Source: Devosia sp. (GTDB lineage Bacteria; Pseudomonadota; Alphaproteobacteria; Rhizobiales; Devosiaceae). From it: DNA of 58,602 nucleotides. Below are positions 49,706 to 58,602 of this stretch, one piece after another (positions within the stretch are counted from its first letter, which is position 1; the number at the start of each line of letters is the position of its first letter). The DNA lies in contig JBDHTK010000001.1 of the NCBI GenBank assembly GCA_039808625.1, positions 1 through 58,602 on the forward strand, in the 5' to 3' direction. A model generated the notes under the pieces. That model was not told where the DNA came from and did no database searches. It saw only the letters and a program-made list of their open reading frames with translations. The position numbers and the translations under genes were made by a program.

Positions 49706-51631
49706 TCAGGCGTGGGCGGTGAGGTCGTCCTGCTCGCGGCCGAGGGTGGCAAGCACGGTGGCGACGATACCGGCGCGGTCGAGGCCGGCAGCGGCGTACA
49801 TATCGGCCTGGCTCGCCTGCTCGGTGAAGCTGTCGGGGATCATCAGCGGGCGGAATTTCAGCTTGCCGTCGAGCAGGCCGTGGCTGGCGAGGAAGGTCGC
49901 GACGTGGCTGCCGAAGCCGCCAATGCCGGATTCCTCCACCGTGATCAGCACCTCGTGCTCGCGGGCGAGGCGGGCGATCAGCGCCTCGTCGAGCGGCTTC
50001 AGGAAGCGTGCGTCGGCGATGGTCGGGCTGAGCCCGTAGGCGCCGAGCTTCTCGGCCGCCGCCAGCACCTCGCCGAGGCGGGTGCCGAAGCTCAACAGCG
50101 CGACGCCCGTGCCCTCGCGCAGCACGCGGCCCCTGCCGATGGGGAGGATCGTGCCATGCGCCGGCATCTCGACGCCCATGCCGTCACCGCGCGGGTAGCG
50201 GAAGGCGATGGGGCCGGCATCGTAGGCGGCGGCGGTCGCCACCATGTGGCGCAATTCGGCCTCGTCGCCGGCGGCCATCACCACCATGCCCGGAATGGCG
50301 CCGAGATAGGCACTGTCGTAATTGCCGGCATGGGTGGGGCCGTCGGCGCCGACATAGCCGGCGCGGTCGATGGCGAAGCGTACCGGCAGGTGCTGCACGG
50401 CGACGTCGTGGATCACCTGGTCGTAGGCGCGCTGCAGGAAGGTCGAGTAGATCGCCGCAAAGGGCTTCATGCCCTCGGCCGCGAGGCCGGCGGCGAAGGT
50501 CACGGCGTGCTGCTCGGCGATGCCCACATCGAAACTGCGCGCCGGGAAGATCTCGGCGAATTTGTCGAGCCCGGTGCCCGACGGCATGGCGGCGGTGATG
50601 GCGACGATGCGCTCGTCGCGTCTGGCCTCGTCGATGAGGCTGTCGGCGAAGACCGACGTATAGGCGGGGGCGTTGGAGACGGGCTTGGCCTGCGCGCCGG
50701 TGACGACATTGAAGCGCGACACGCCATGATACTTGTCGGCGCTGGTCTCGGCTGGCTCGTAGCCCTTGCCCTTCTTGGTCACGACATGGACGAGGATCGG
50801 GCCGTTCTCGGTGTCGCGGACGTTCTCGAGCACCGGCAGCAGGTGGTCGAGATTGTACCCGTCGATGGGGCCGACATAGTAGAAGCCCAGCTCCTCGAAC
50901 AGCGTTCCACCCATCCACCAGGAGCGGGCGAATTCCTCGGTCTTGCGCGCCTTGTCCTTGAGGAACGGCGGCAGCAGGTTGGCGACCTGCTTGGCCACGT
51001 TGCGCAGGCCGCGATAGGCGGGGCCCGAGACGAGCCGCGCGAGATAGGCCGACATGGCGCCGGTCGGCGGAGCGATCGACATGTCGTTGTCGTTGAGGAT
51101 GACGATGAGGCGCGCATCGGCGGCGCCGGCATTGTTCATCGCCTCATAGGCCATGCCGGCCGACATGGCGCCGTCGCCGATCACCGCGACGACGTTGCGG
51201 GGCTCGCCGGTGAGGGCGGCGGCCACGGCCATGCCGAGGCCGGCCGAGATCGAGGTGGAGGAGTGGCCGGCGCCGAACGGGTCGTAGTCGCTCTCGGCGC
51301 GGCGGGTGAAGCCGCTGAGCCCGTCCTTCTGGCGCAGGGTGCGGATGCGGTCGCGCCGGCCGGTCAGCACCTTGTGCGGGTAGGCCTGGTGGCCGACGTC
51401 CCAGATCACGCGGTCGCGCGGCGTGTCGAACACGGCGTGCAGCGCCACGGTGAGCTCGACGACGCCGAGGCCGGCGCCCAGATGCCCGCCGGTGACCGAT
51501 ACCGCGTCCACCACTTCGGCGCGCAGCTCGTCGGCGACCTGCCGCAACTGGCTGCGGTCCAGCCGCCGCAGATCGGCGGGGGTGTGGATGGTGTCGAGCA
51601 GCGGTGTCTGCGGGCGGTCAGGCGAACTCAA
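49706..51631 (-). CDS. dxs: 1-deoxy-D-xylulose-5-phosphate synthase
   Basis: [50 protein letters not shown]; TTG start inferred at 51631. Confidence 0.95.
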   Translation of the reverse strand: MSSPDRPQTPLLDTIHTPADLRRLDRSQLRQVADELRAEVVDAVSVTGGHLGAGLGVVELTVALHAVFDTPRDRVIWDVGHQAYPHKVLTGRRDRIRTLRQKDGLSGFTRRAESDYDPFGAGHSSTSISAGLGMAVAAALTGEPRNVVAVIGDGAMSAGMAYEAMNNAGAADARLIVILNDNDMSIAPPTGAMSAYLARLVSGPAYRGLRNVAKQVANLLPPFLKDKARKTEEFARSWWMGGTLFEELGFYYVGPIDGYNLDHLLPVLENVRDTENGPILVHVVTKKGKGYEPAETSADKYHGVSRFNVVTGAQAKPVSNAPAYTSVFADSLIDEARRDERIVAITAAMPSGTGLDKFAEIFPARSFDVGIAEQHAVTFAAGLAAEGMKPFAAIYSTFLQRAYDQVIHDVAVQHLPVRFAIDRAGYVGADGPTHAGNYDSAYLGAIPGMVVMAAGDEAELRHMVATAAAYDAGPIAFRYPRGDGMGVEMPAHGTILPIGRGRVLREGTGVALLSFGTRLGEVLAAAEKLGAYGLSPTIADARFLKPLDEALIARLAREHEVLITVEESGIGGFGSHVATFLASHGLLDGKLKFRPLMIPDSFTEQASQADMYAAAGLDRAGIVATVLATLGREQDDLTAHA

Positions 51632-51736
51632 CTCAGCGGCAATCCCTTGGAACCTGCCGACTGGTTTAGGCGCGCCCTCCGGGCGATGCAACCATAAGCA
51701 TGGTGCAGAAGGCTCCCAGACGGCGTGCAGGCGGCC

Positions 51737-53275
51737 TCAGCGCGCGGCGACGAGCAGCGGGCGGCTGACGACGAAGGTGTCGTAGCGGGCCGGCGCCATG
51801 ATGTCGGGCTCGAGCGCCACGCGGCTCGCCATCGGGCCGAGCTCGGCGGCATTGTCGAGATAGCCCTCGGGCGCGTAGAGCTCGGCGAAATGCATGTCGG
51901 TCATCGGCACGGGCTCGACCAGCGTCTCGTTGACGTGGTCGATCTCGGGCGCCACGAGGTCGAAGGCACGCGGTTTGAGGCCGACCAGCAGGTCGCGCTC
52001 CAGGGACGCGCTGACCAGCGCATTGGCGATGGCGCTGCGGCCGCCGGCCTCGGTCACCGCCGTCCAGGTCATGTCGAAGAGGTTGGCGGCGGCGCTCATG
52101 CCGCCGGTGCCGGCGGGCACGGCGGGGCGCAGGTCCGTGGCGTCGACGGCGGCGACCAGCGGGGCCGCCGTCTCGTTCGCGATCAGCAAGTCGAGGGCGC
52201 GGCGGGCGTTGGCGTCAGGGGCGTAGGCGGTGAGCACCTCGTCGTCGCGCGGCGTCATCAAGGCGCGCGGCAGCGGCGCCGGCTCGAGCGTGGCGATGGC
52301 GTTGAGCGCCGTGCCCTGGGCGGGCGGCAGGGCACTGCGGGTCGCCACCATCAGCGCCGGCGTCTTGCTGAACGGCACGATGCCGGCGAGCGGCGCGCTC
52401 GGATCGTTGAAGGGCGTCGTGGCAGGGTCGAGCGCGGCAACGGCGACGGCGGCGGGCCGGCGCAGCATCGGCATGGGCGCGACGACGTCGACGGTCGACA
52501 CGGTGCGCTGCGCCGGATCGAGCGCGGCCAGACGGATCTCCGGCGTCTCGGAGGCGCGCGGCGCAGTGAGGCCGTTGCACGGCACCATGCGGCATTTGTT
52601 CCACTCGGCCTGCGCATAGGCGCGGCCCTGGCTCGACAGCGGCTTGCCGTCAACAGGCAGGTGCAGCGTCCTGCCATCGGGGAAGACGGCCTGCAACTGG
52701 GCGCGGGTCATACGCGGCCAGGCGCGCACGCTGCCGGTGTCCATGTGCACGAACGGGCTGCCCGAGGTCGGGTAATAGCCGACGCCGCCCACCTGGTGGC
52801 GCATGGCGGCGGCGCGCAGGTCGGAGAGCTTCACTCCGGGGATGAACACGTCCATCGCCTTGCCCAGCATGTGCTGCGAGTTCTCGGCGACGCCCGAGGA
52901 GCTGGCGCGCAGCATGGCGTTGGTCTTGGGCTCGCGATAGGACGAGACGATGTTGTAGGGCTGCCTGCCGCCGACCTCCTGGTAGACCTCCCAGAGCAGG
53001 TCGAACAGCGCCGGATCCATCTTGGCGGCCGAGCCGGTGCGCCAGTCGGCGAGGAAGACGTCGAGCTCGCGCAGCACGCCAGCGTCGTACTTGCCGTTCT
53101 TCTTGTAAGTGAACTTGCCGGTCTTGCCGGTATGGGTGTGGTGCAGCCACAGGGTGCGGTCGCTCGAGGCGGCGCCGACCGGAATGGCGGCCGCGAGGAA
53201 AAAGGCCAGGCCCGCAGCCATCGCCACGGCGCGCCATGCCAACAGTCGCCAATCGAAGTGCGGTTTGCCCGTCAC
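51737..53275 (-). CDS. DUF882/YcbK (MepK-like, M15) peptidoglycan endopeptidase with long C-terminal extension
   Basis: SSYR...TNAMLR, SQHMLGKAMD, GGVGYY, FVHMDTG zinc ligands; signal peptide. Confidence 0.85.
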   Translation of the reverse strand: MTGKPHFDWRLLAWRAVAMAAGLAFFLAAAIPVGAASSDRTLWLHHTHTGKTGKFTYKKNGKYDAGVLRELDVFLADWRTGSAAKMDPALFDLLWEVYQEVGGRQPYNIVSSYREPKTNAMLRASSSGVAENSQHMLGKAMDVFIPGVKLSDLRAAAMRHQVGGVGYYPTSGSPFVHMDTGSVRAWPRMTRAQLQAVFPDGRTLHLPVDGKPLSSQGRAYAQAEWNKCRMVPCNGLTAPRASETPEIRLAALDPAQRTVSTVDVVAPMPMLRRPAAVAVAALDPATTPFNDPSAPLAGIVPFSKTPALMVATRSALPPAQGTALNAIATLEPAPLPRALMTPRDDEVLTAYAPDANARRALDLLIANETAAPLVAAVDATDLRPAVPAGTGGMSAAANLFDMTWTAVTEAGGRSAIANALVSASLERDLLVGLKPRAFDLVAPEIDHVNETLVEPVPMTDMHFAELYAPEGYLDNAAELGPMASRVALEPDIMAPARYDTFVVSRPLLVAAR

Positions 53276-53442
53276 GCCCCAACAGTCCGTCCATGCTTCG
53301 GCCGCTTGGCCAGAGCTTAGCGCCAGGACGAGAAGAGTTCCTTAACGCTAACGCCCGGTAACGTTCCGGCCGGCCCGTTGCCCCGGCCCGCCTGCATCGC
53401 AGGAGTGCCCAGCCTTGGGAATTTCTAAGCAAAAAACACGGC

Positions 53443-53475
53443 TTAACCAAGGCTGAGATGTTAACAAGGCCTTAG
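53443..53475. promoter_or_regulatory. Candidate CtrA sites upstream of the ycbK-like gene
   Basis: TTAA-N7-TTAG at 53461-53475 and related TTAACCAAGGCTGAG at 53443-53457. Confidence 0.5.
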
Positions 53476-53511
53476 CGGAAGGGGAAAACCGGCAAATGGG
53501 GCGGCTACGCC

Positions 53512-55218
53512 CTACTGGGCGTTGAGCAGCTCGATCAGCTTCTTGTTGTGGCCATAGACGTCGCCATAGCTGCGGATGGTGCCGTTCTCGTCGACGCGCA
53601 GCGTGAAATACATGAGATGCACGGGGATGTGGTTCTTGAGCGTGACCCACTTCTCCTTGGGACCGAACAGGCCTTCGAGCGAGGCGCGGCTCAGCTCGGG
53701 ATTGGTCTCGACCAGCGCGCCGGCGAAGGCCAGCGGGTCCTGCACGCGCACGCAGCCATGCGAATAGGCGCGGAAGGCGCGGGCAAACAGCGACTTCGAG
53801 GGCGTATCGTGCAGGTAGACGTTGTGCTCGTTGGGGAAGAGGAACTTGATCTTGCCCAGCGCATTGCTCGGCCCCGGCTTCTGGCGCACCGCGAAATTGT
53901 TGATGTTGGTGGTGGTCCAGTCGATGGCCGCGGCGTTGATCACCTTGCCGCCCGCCAGCATCTCCATGTTCTGGCTGTCGAGATAGTTGGGGTTGGCGAT
54001 GAGGTGCGGCCGGATCTCGGCGGCGGCGATGGAGGGCGGCACGTTCCAGTAGGGGTTGACGACGATGTTCTGGATTTCGTCGGAGAACACCGGCGTCTGG
54101 TTCTTGGGAGTGCCGACGACGACGCGGGTCGAATGCACGGGCGCGCCGTCGCGCATGATCCATACGGTGAATTCGGGGATGTTCACCTCGACGTGGAAAT
54201 CGCCGAAATCGTCCGGCTCCCAGCGCCAGCGCTCCATATTGGCGATGATGTCGTCCTTGGAGACGTTGGAGCCGCCATTGAGCGCCGCCACCGTGGCCGG
54301 CCCCATGATGCCGTCGGCGGTGAGCCCGAGGCTTTCCTGGAAGGCGCGGATGGCATCGACCAGCGCCTCGTCATAGGTGATGTCGACGATGGCGTCGGTG
54401 GCGCCCTCGGGAATCTCCGGGGCGGCGACGGCGAGACGGGTGCGCAGCAGCGGCACGCGCTCGTCCTTCATGCCGAGCTTCAGCACCTTGCCGTCGGGAA
54501 TGGTGATCTGCTCGACCGTCACGCTGCCGTCGTAGAACCTGGCGAGCGCCGCCTTGAGGCGGCCGAATTCGGGATGCTGCGGGTCGAGCCCGAGCAGCAC
54601 CTGGTCCGGGGCGTCGGAGGCGGCGAGGTCGAGCAGGAGCTGCGCCTCGTCGATGCGCTTGGGCGCGATGGTGATGAGCTTGCTCACCGCCGTGGGCGCC
54701 ACGCGGCCGCCATAGGCGTCCTGCGCGTAGCGCACCGCCGCCTGCGAGAAGGCGGTCTCGAGCGCGGCGAGGCGGGCGGGATCGGTGCCGGCGGCGGCCG
54801 GGTCGAGGTCGGGCGTCAGGTAGTCGGCGGGGCGGAAGCCTTCGAGCTCGGCCGCCTTGAACACTTCGACGATCTTCAGCGCGTTGGGGGAGAAGGCGAC
54901 GGCGCCGCCGGCGCCGGGCGCCAGCCACAGCGGCTCGAAGCCGCGCGCGCCGTAGAAGAAATAGAGCTTCTGGGCCTGCTGGTAGGCCCGGGAGTCCTTG
55001 TCGGCGCCGTAATAGGCCTCCTGCAGCCCGGCCTTGATGATGCGCGCCAGCTCGCTGCGCGGCGGCGCGATGACGATCCTGGTCAGCGCCGCCTTCTCGA
55101 TGACGGCCTCCTGCGCCAGCGCGGCGGGCGAGGTGCCGGCAAGGGCGACGCCGGCAAGCATAAGGGCCATCAGAATGCGCAAGGCGGACTCCGTCATTTT
55201 GGGGCAGTGGCGTCGCAT
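53512..55218 (-). CDS. YcbB/LdtD-like murein L,D-transpeptidase
   Basis: Scaffold plus PG-binding domain (FQESLGLTADGIMG), VNIP, NPYWNVP, YLHDTP, SHGCVRV; start could be 55197. Confidence 0.9.
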   Translation of the reverse strand: MRRHCPKMTESALRILMALMLAGVALAGTSPAALAQEAVIEKAALTRIVIAPPRSELARIIKAGLQEAYYGADKDSRAYQQAQKLYFFYGARGFEPLWLAPGAGGAVAFSPNALKIVEVFKAAELEGFRPADYLTPDLDPAAAGTDPARLAALETAFSQAAVRYAQDAYGGRVAPTAVSKLITIAPKRIDEAQLLLDLAASDAPDQVLLGLDPQHPEFGRLKAALARFYDGSVTVEQITIPDGKVLKLGMKDERVPLLRTRLAVAAPEIPEGATDAIVDITYDEALVDAIRAFQESLGLTADGIMGPATVAALNGGSNVSKDDIIANMERWRWEPDDFGDFHVEVNIPEFTVWIMRDGAPVHSTRVVVGTPKNQTPVFSDEIQNIVVNPYWNVPPSIAAAEIRPHLIANPNYLDSQNMEMLAGGKVINAAAIDWTTTNINNFAVRQKPGPSNALGKIKFLFPNEHNVYLHDTPSKSLFARAFRAYSHGCVRVQDPLAFAGALVETNPELSRASLEGLFGPKEKWVTLKNHIPVHLMYFTLRVDENGTIRSYGDVYGHNKKLIELLNAQ

Positions 55219-55341
55219 AAAAGGGCGCGACGCGGGGCAGTACGCTTCGGGGCTTAGACTACAAGCGTTAACGCGGGCAATTCCTCACCTTTTTGTGTTC
55301 CCGCCATGTGGCCTTCCGGCAACGGCGGGGCGTCGGCCCCG

Positions 55342-56781
55342 TCAGGCCGCGTCGGATTGCGCGCCCTCCTCGAGGCCGTAGTCGCGCAGCTTGCGATAGA
55401 GGGTCGAGCGGCCGATGCGCAGCGCCCGCGCGACCTTCGACATGCGCCCGCCATAGTGCCGGAGCGCGAAGGCGATGAGCTCGCGTTCCAGCTCGGGGAG
55501 CGGCGCCACTTCGCCGCTGGCGTCGAGAAAGCGGTCGGGCGTGGCCGTGTCGTCGGGCCGAGGTCTAGCGGCGTCGATGTGAACGGGGGCTGAAGGCGTC
55601 GGCAGGGCCGCGGTCAGCCGGGCCATCTCGGCGCGGCCGCGCTGGTGCGCGACGATCTGCGGGAAGTCGGTAGCGGCGAGGTCGCCACCCTCGGCGAGCA
55701 GCACGGCGCGATATAGGGCGTTTTCGAGCTGGCGGACATTGCCCGGCCAGTCATAGGCCTCGAGCAGCGCCGTCGCCTCGGGCGCGAGGCCGGCGACGCG
55801 CCGCCCGGTCTCGGCGGCGAAGCGGGCGATGAAATGGTGGGCGAGGCGGGTGACGTCGTCGCGGCGCTCGCGCAGCGGCGGCACATAGATGGGCAGCACG
55901 TTGAGGCGGTAGAACAGATCCTCGCGGAAGCCGCCGGCGCGCGTCAGCTCCAGCAGACGGCGGCTGGTGGCGGCGATGAGGCGGACATTGGCGCGCTCCG
56001 GGCGGCCACCGCCCAGGGGGGCGATCTCGCCTTTGTCGAGCAGGCGGAGCAGCCGGGCCTGGGCATCGGCAGGCAGTTCGCCGATGGCGTCGAGATACAG
56101 CGTGCCGCCCTGCGCCTCGGCGACCTTGCCGCGCCCGGGCTCGAACAGCGTGGCGTCGATGTGCGGGGCGGGGAGCGCCGCGCAATCGACGGCGACGAAG
56201 GGCCTTGCGGCGCGGTCGCCGAGGCCGTGGATGACGCGCGCGACGAGCGCCTTGCCGGTGCCCGCCTCGCCTTCGACGAGCACGGGGATGGGCGAGCGCG
56301 CGGCCTTGCGGACGAGCGTCAGCACGCGGTGCATGGCCGGCGAGCCGGTGACGATGTCGTCGAGCCCGAGCGTGCCGGCGCGGCGGTGCCGCTCGCTGCG
56401 CACCACGGCTTCGAGCGCGCCGAGCTGCAGCGCGTTGCGCAGCGACACGACGAGGCGCTCGGGCGCCACGGGCTTCACGAAAAAGTCCACCGCGCCCTGG
56501 CGCATGGCGGTGACGACGGTTTCGAGCGCGCCATGCGCGGTCTGCACGATGACGGGCGTGGTGATGCCGTCGCGCGCCATCGCCTCCATCACCGCCATGC
56601 CGTCGCGGTCGGGCATGACGAGATCGAGTATGACGGCGCCGAAGCCGGGGTCGGCGCGCAGGAGGCGCAGCGCCGCGTCGCCGCCGCCGGCCGTCACCGG
56701 CGTGAAGCCGGCGTGGCGCGCCACTTCGGCGGTCAATTTGAGCTGCACCGGATCGTCGTCGACAACAAGTATGCGCGTCAT
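55342..56781 (-). CDS. REC-AAA+-Fis HTH response regulator, TacA-like, with degenerate sigma54-interaction motifs
   Basis: REC VDDD/DLVMP/KP; GEAGTGK; [11 protein letters not shown]; [10 protein letters not shown]; GRSTLYRKL; GAFTGA absent; Walker B reads LYLDAI. Confidence 0.85.
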   Translation of the reverse strand: MTRILVVDDDPVQLKLTAEVARHAGFTPVTAGGGDAALRLLRADPGFGAVILDLVMPDRDGMAVMEAMARDGITTPVIVQTAHGALETVVTAMRQGAVDFFVKPVAPERLVVSLRNALQLGALEAVVRSERHRRAGTLGLDDIVTGSPAMHRVLTLVRKAARSPIPVLVEGEAGTGKALVARVIHGLGDRAARPFVAVDCAALPAPHIDATLFEPGRGKVAEAQGGTLYLDAIGELPADAQARLLRLLDKGEIAPLGGGRPERANVRLIAATSRRLLELTRAGGFREDLFYRLNVLPIYVPPLRERRDDVTRLAHHFIARFAAETGRRVAGLAPEATALLEAYDWPGNVRQLENALYRAVLLAEGGDLAATDFPQIVAHQRGRAEMARLTAALPTPSAPVHIDAARPRPDDTATPDRFLDASGEVAPLPELERELIAFALRHYGGRMSKVARALRIGRSTLYRKLRDYGLEEGAQSDAA

Positions 56782-56851
56782 CAGGCCCCCAAAGCCGCCG
56801 GCCGGCGTCGAATCGCGCTGTGCCGTTTCGGCGCAGAATGAAAAGCCCGAG

Positions 56852-56866
56852 TTAAGAGCGCTTTAA
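56852..56866. promoter_or_regulatory. CtrA binding site
   Basis: Perfect TTAA-N7-TTAA (TTAAGAGCGCTTTAA) 70 nt upstream of the TacA-like gene. Confidence 0.75.
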
Positions 56867-56966
56867 GCCTGGCTGCGTGTCCCGTGCCCCATTGGCTGGG
56901 TCTTGAGCGGGCGTGGGGGCCGGCTTATGGTCCGGCCCGCTCAATCCTCCGACGAAAGTCTATCGC

Positions 56967-58602
56967 ATGGCTGATCCTGTTCGCGCTGCCGCGGCCCAGG
57001 CCCAAAAAGGGCACAACGCATTCGGCGAACTGCCGAGCTGGAACCTCGACGATCTCTATCCCGGCCCGGACTCGCCCGAGCTCAAGCGCGATCTCGACTG
57101 GGCGCGGGCGGAGGCCAAGGCGTTCGAGGCCGACTACAAGGGCAAGCTCGACGCGCTCGCCAAGTCGGGGCGCCTTCACGAGGCGATGGAGCGCTCGGAA
57201 AAGCTCACCGACGTCACCGGCCGGCTCGGTTCGTACGCCTATCTGCGCTATGCGCTGGCGACGCAGGACCCCGAGACGGTCAAATTCCTCGGCGACCTCA
57301 ACCAGGCCATCACCGACCTCGCGACGGGACTGCTGTTCTGGGAGCTGGAGCTCAACCGGATCGACGACGCGGTGCTCGACGCGGCTTTCGCGATGGACGA
57401 GAACCTCGCGCGCTACCGCCACTGGTTTGCCGACCTGCGCAAGGCCAAGCCCTATCAGCTCGATGAAAAGCTCGAGGAGCTGTTCTTCGAGAAGGCGGTG
57501 ACCGGCGCGCAGGCGTGGAACCGGCTGTTCGACGAGACGATGGCGGCGCTGAAATTCGAGGTCGAGGGCGAGACCCTGTCCATCGAGGCGACGCTGCACC
57601 GGCTTTCCGACAAGGACGAAAAGACGCGCGCGGCAGCGTTCCACGGGCTCGGCAAGACGCTCGGCGACAATGCGCGGCTGTTCACGCACATCACCAACGT
57701 ACTCGCCAAGGACAAGGAAATCTCCGACCGCTGGCGCGGCTACAAGGACATCGCCGACAGTCGCCATCTCGCCAATTCGGTGGAGCGCGAGGTGGTGGAC
57801 GCGCTGGAGACGGCGGTGCGCGCCGCCTATCCGCGGCTCAGCCACCGCTACTACCAGATGAAGGCGAAGTGGTTCGGCAAGGACCAGCTCGAGGCTTGGG
57901 ACCGCAATGCGCCGCTGCCCACCGCCGACGAGCGCACCTTCGACTGGGACAGCGCCAGAACCACGGTGCTCGACGCCTATGGGCGCTTCTCACCGAAGCT
58001 GCGCGAGGTGGCCGAGCCGTTCTTCGCCAATGGCTGGATCGACGCGCCGGTGCGCGACGGCAAGTCGCCGGGCGCCTTCGCGCATCCCACCGTGCCCTCG
58101 GCGCACCCCTATCTGCTGCTCAACTACCTGGGCAAGCCGCGCGACGTGATGACCTTGGCGCATGAGCTGGGCCACGGCGTGCACCAGGTCCTGGCCGGGC
58201 CGCAGGGCCCGATCCTCAGCAATACGCCGCTGACGCTGGCCGAGACCGCCTCGGTGTTCGGCGAGATGCTCACCTTCCGCGCCATGCTCGACAAGACCAC
58301 CGACAGGAAGCAGCGTTTCGCCATGCTGTCGAGCAAGGTCGAGGACATGCTCAACACGGTGGTGCGACAGATTGCCTTCTACACCTTCGAGCGCGAGGTT
58401 CACACCGCCCGCAAGCAGGGCGAGCTGACGCGCGAGGATCTCGACCGGATCTGGCTCGACGTCTCGAAAGAGAGCCTCGGGCCGGGGGTTCGGCTCAACG
58501 AGGGCTATGGCATCTTCTGGAGCTACATCCCGCACTTCATCCACTCGCCCTTCTACGTCTATGCCTATGCCTTCGGCGATTGCCTTGTGAACTCGCTCTA
58601 TG
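56967..58602 (+). CDS. pepF: M3B oligoendopeptidase F (truncated at window end)
   Basis: Read from the DNA: ELPSWNLDDLY, GKSPGAF, HPYLLLNY, TLAHELGHGVHQ (HExxH), AETASVFGE, WSYIPHF, FYVYAY. Confidence 0.92.
   Translation, partial: MADPVRAAAAQAQKGHNAFGELPSWNLDDLYPGPDSPELKRDLDWARAEAKAFEADYKGKLDALAKSGRLHEAMERSEKLTDVTGRLGSYAYLRYALATQDPETVKFLGDLNQAITDLATGLLFWELELNRIDDAVLDAAFAMDENLARYRHWFADLRKAKPYQLDEKLEELFFEKAVTGAQAWNRLFDETMAALKFEVEGETLSIEATLHRLSDKDEKTRAAAFHGLGKTLGDNARLFTHITNVLAKDKEISDRWRGYKDIADSRHLANSVEREVVDALETAVRAAYPRLSHRYYQMKAKWFGKDQLEAWDRNAPLPTADERTFDWDSARTTVLDAYGRFSPKLREVAEPFFANGWIDAPVRDGKSPGAFAHPTVPSAHPYLLLNYLGKPRDVMTLAHELGHGVHQVLAGPQGPILSNTPLTLAETASVFGEMLTFRAMLDKTTDRKQRFAMLSSKVEDMLNTVVRQIAFYTFEREVHTARKQGELTREDLDRIWLDVSKESLGPGVRLNEGYGIFWSYIPHFIHSPFYVYAYAFGDCLVNSLY

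Overview
GC-rich alphaproteobacterial (Hyphomicrobiales, Devosia-like; inferred from gene content) chromosomal window with about 50 intact CDS. I found no rRNA, tRNA, CRISPR array, integrase or transposase. The backbone runs: PreP-like M16C peptidase; ligase-associated exonuclease, ATP-dependent ligase and small UVR protein; PAS-GAF-GGDEF-EAL protein; MerR(LiuR-like)-fadD divergent from fadE-fadJ-fadI around a perfect operator palindrome; oppABCDF; rpmJ; M20 dipeptidase; pyk; DUF1036; gapR; then SH3b protein, dxs, ycbK-like endopeptidase, ycbB-like L,D-transpeptidase, a TacA-like response regulator and pepF (cut by the window edge). Between gapR and an MFS gene lies a ~19.7 kb accessory block (26999-46726) bracketed by a 14-bp direct repeat. 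It holds an uncharacterised catabolic system in two regulated modules. Module 1 is a Crp/Fnr protein with a CooA-like RQT helix and two matching TGTCR-N6-CGACM sites, each at -41.5 from a plausible -10. It is divergent from genes for an enolase-family dehydratase, an Ldh_2 oxidoreductase, a peptide-type ABC importer, a 2-hydroxyacid dehydrogenase, a DHDPS-like protein and a hydantoin-type racemase. Module 2 is an IclR regulator fused to an SMP-30/gluconolactonase domain that has lost its metal ligands (candidate pseudo-enzyme sensor), divergent from an ATPase-less sugar ABC importer and a second enolase-family enzyme. A further highlight is the TacA-like protein, which has a perfect CtrA box upstream but lacks the GAFTGA loop and the Walker B glutamate. 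All calls come from motif reading by eye; no searches were run.
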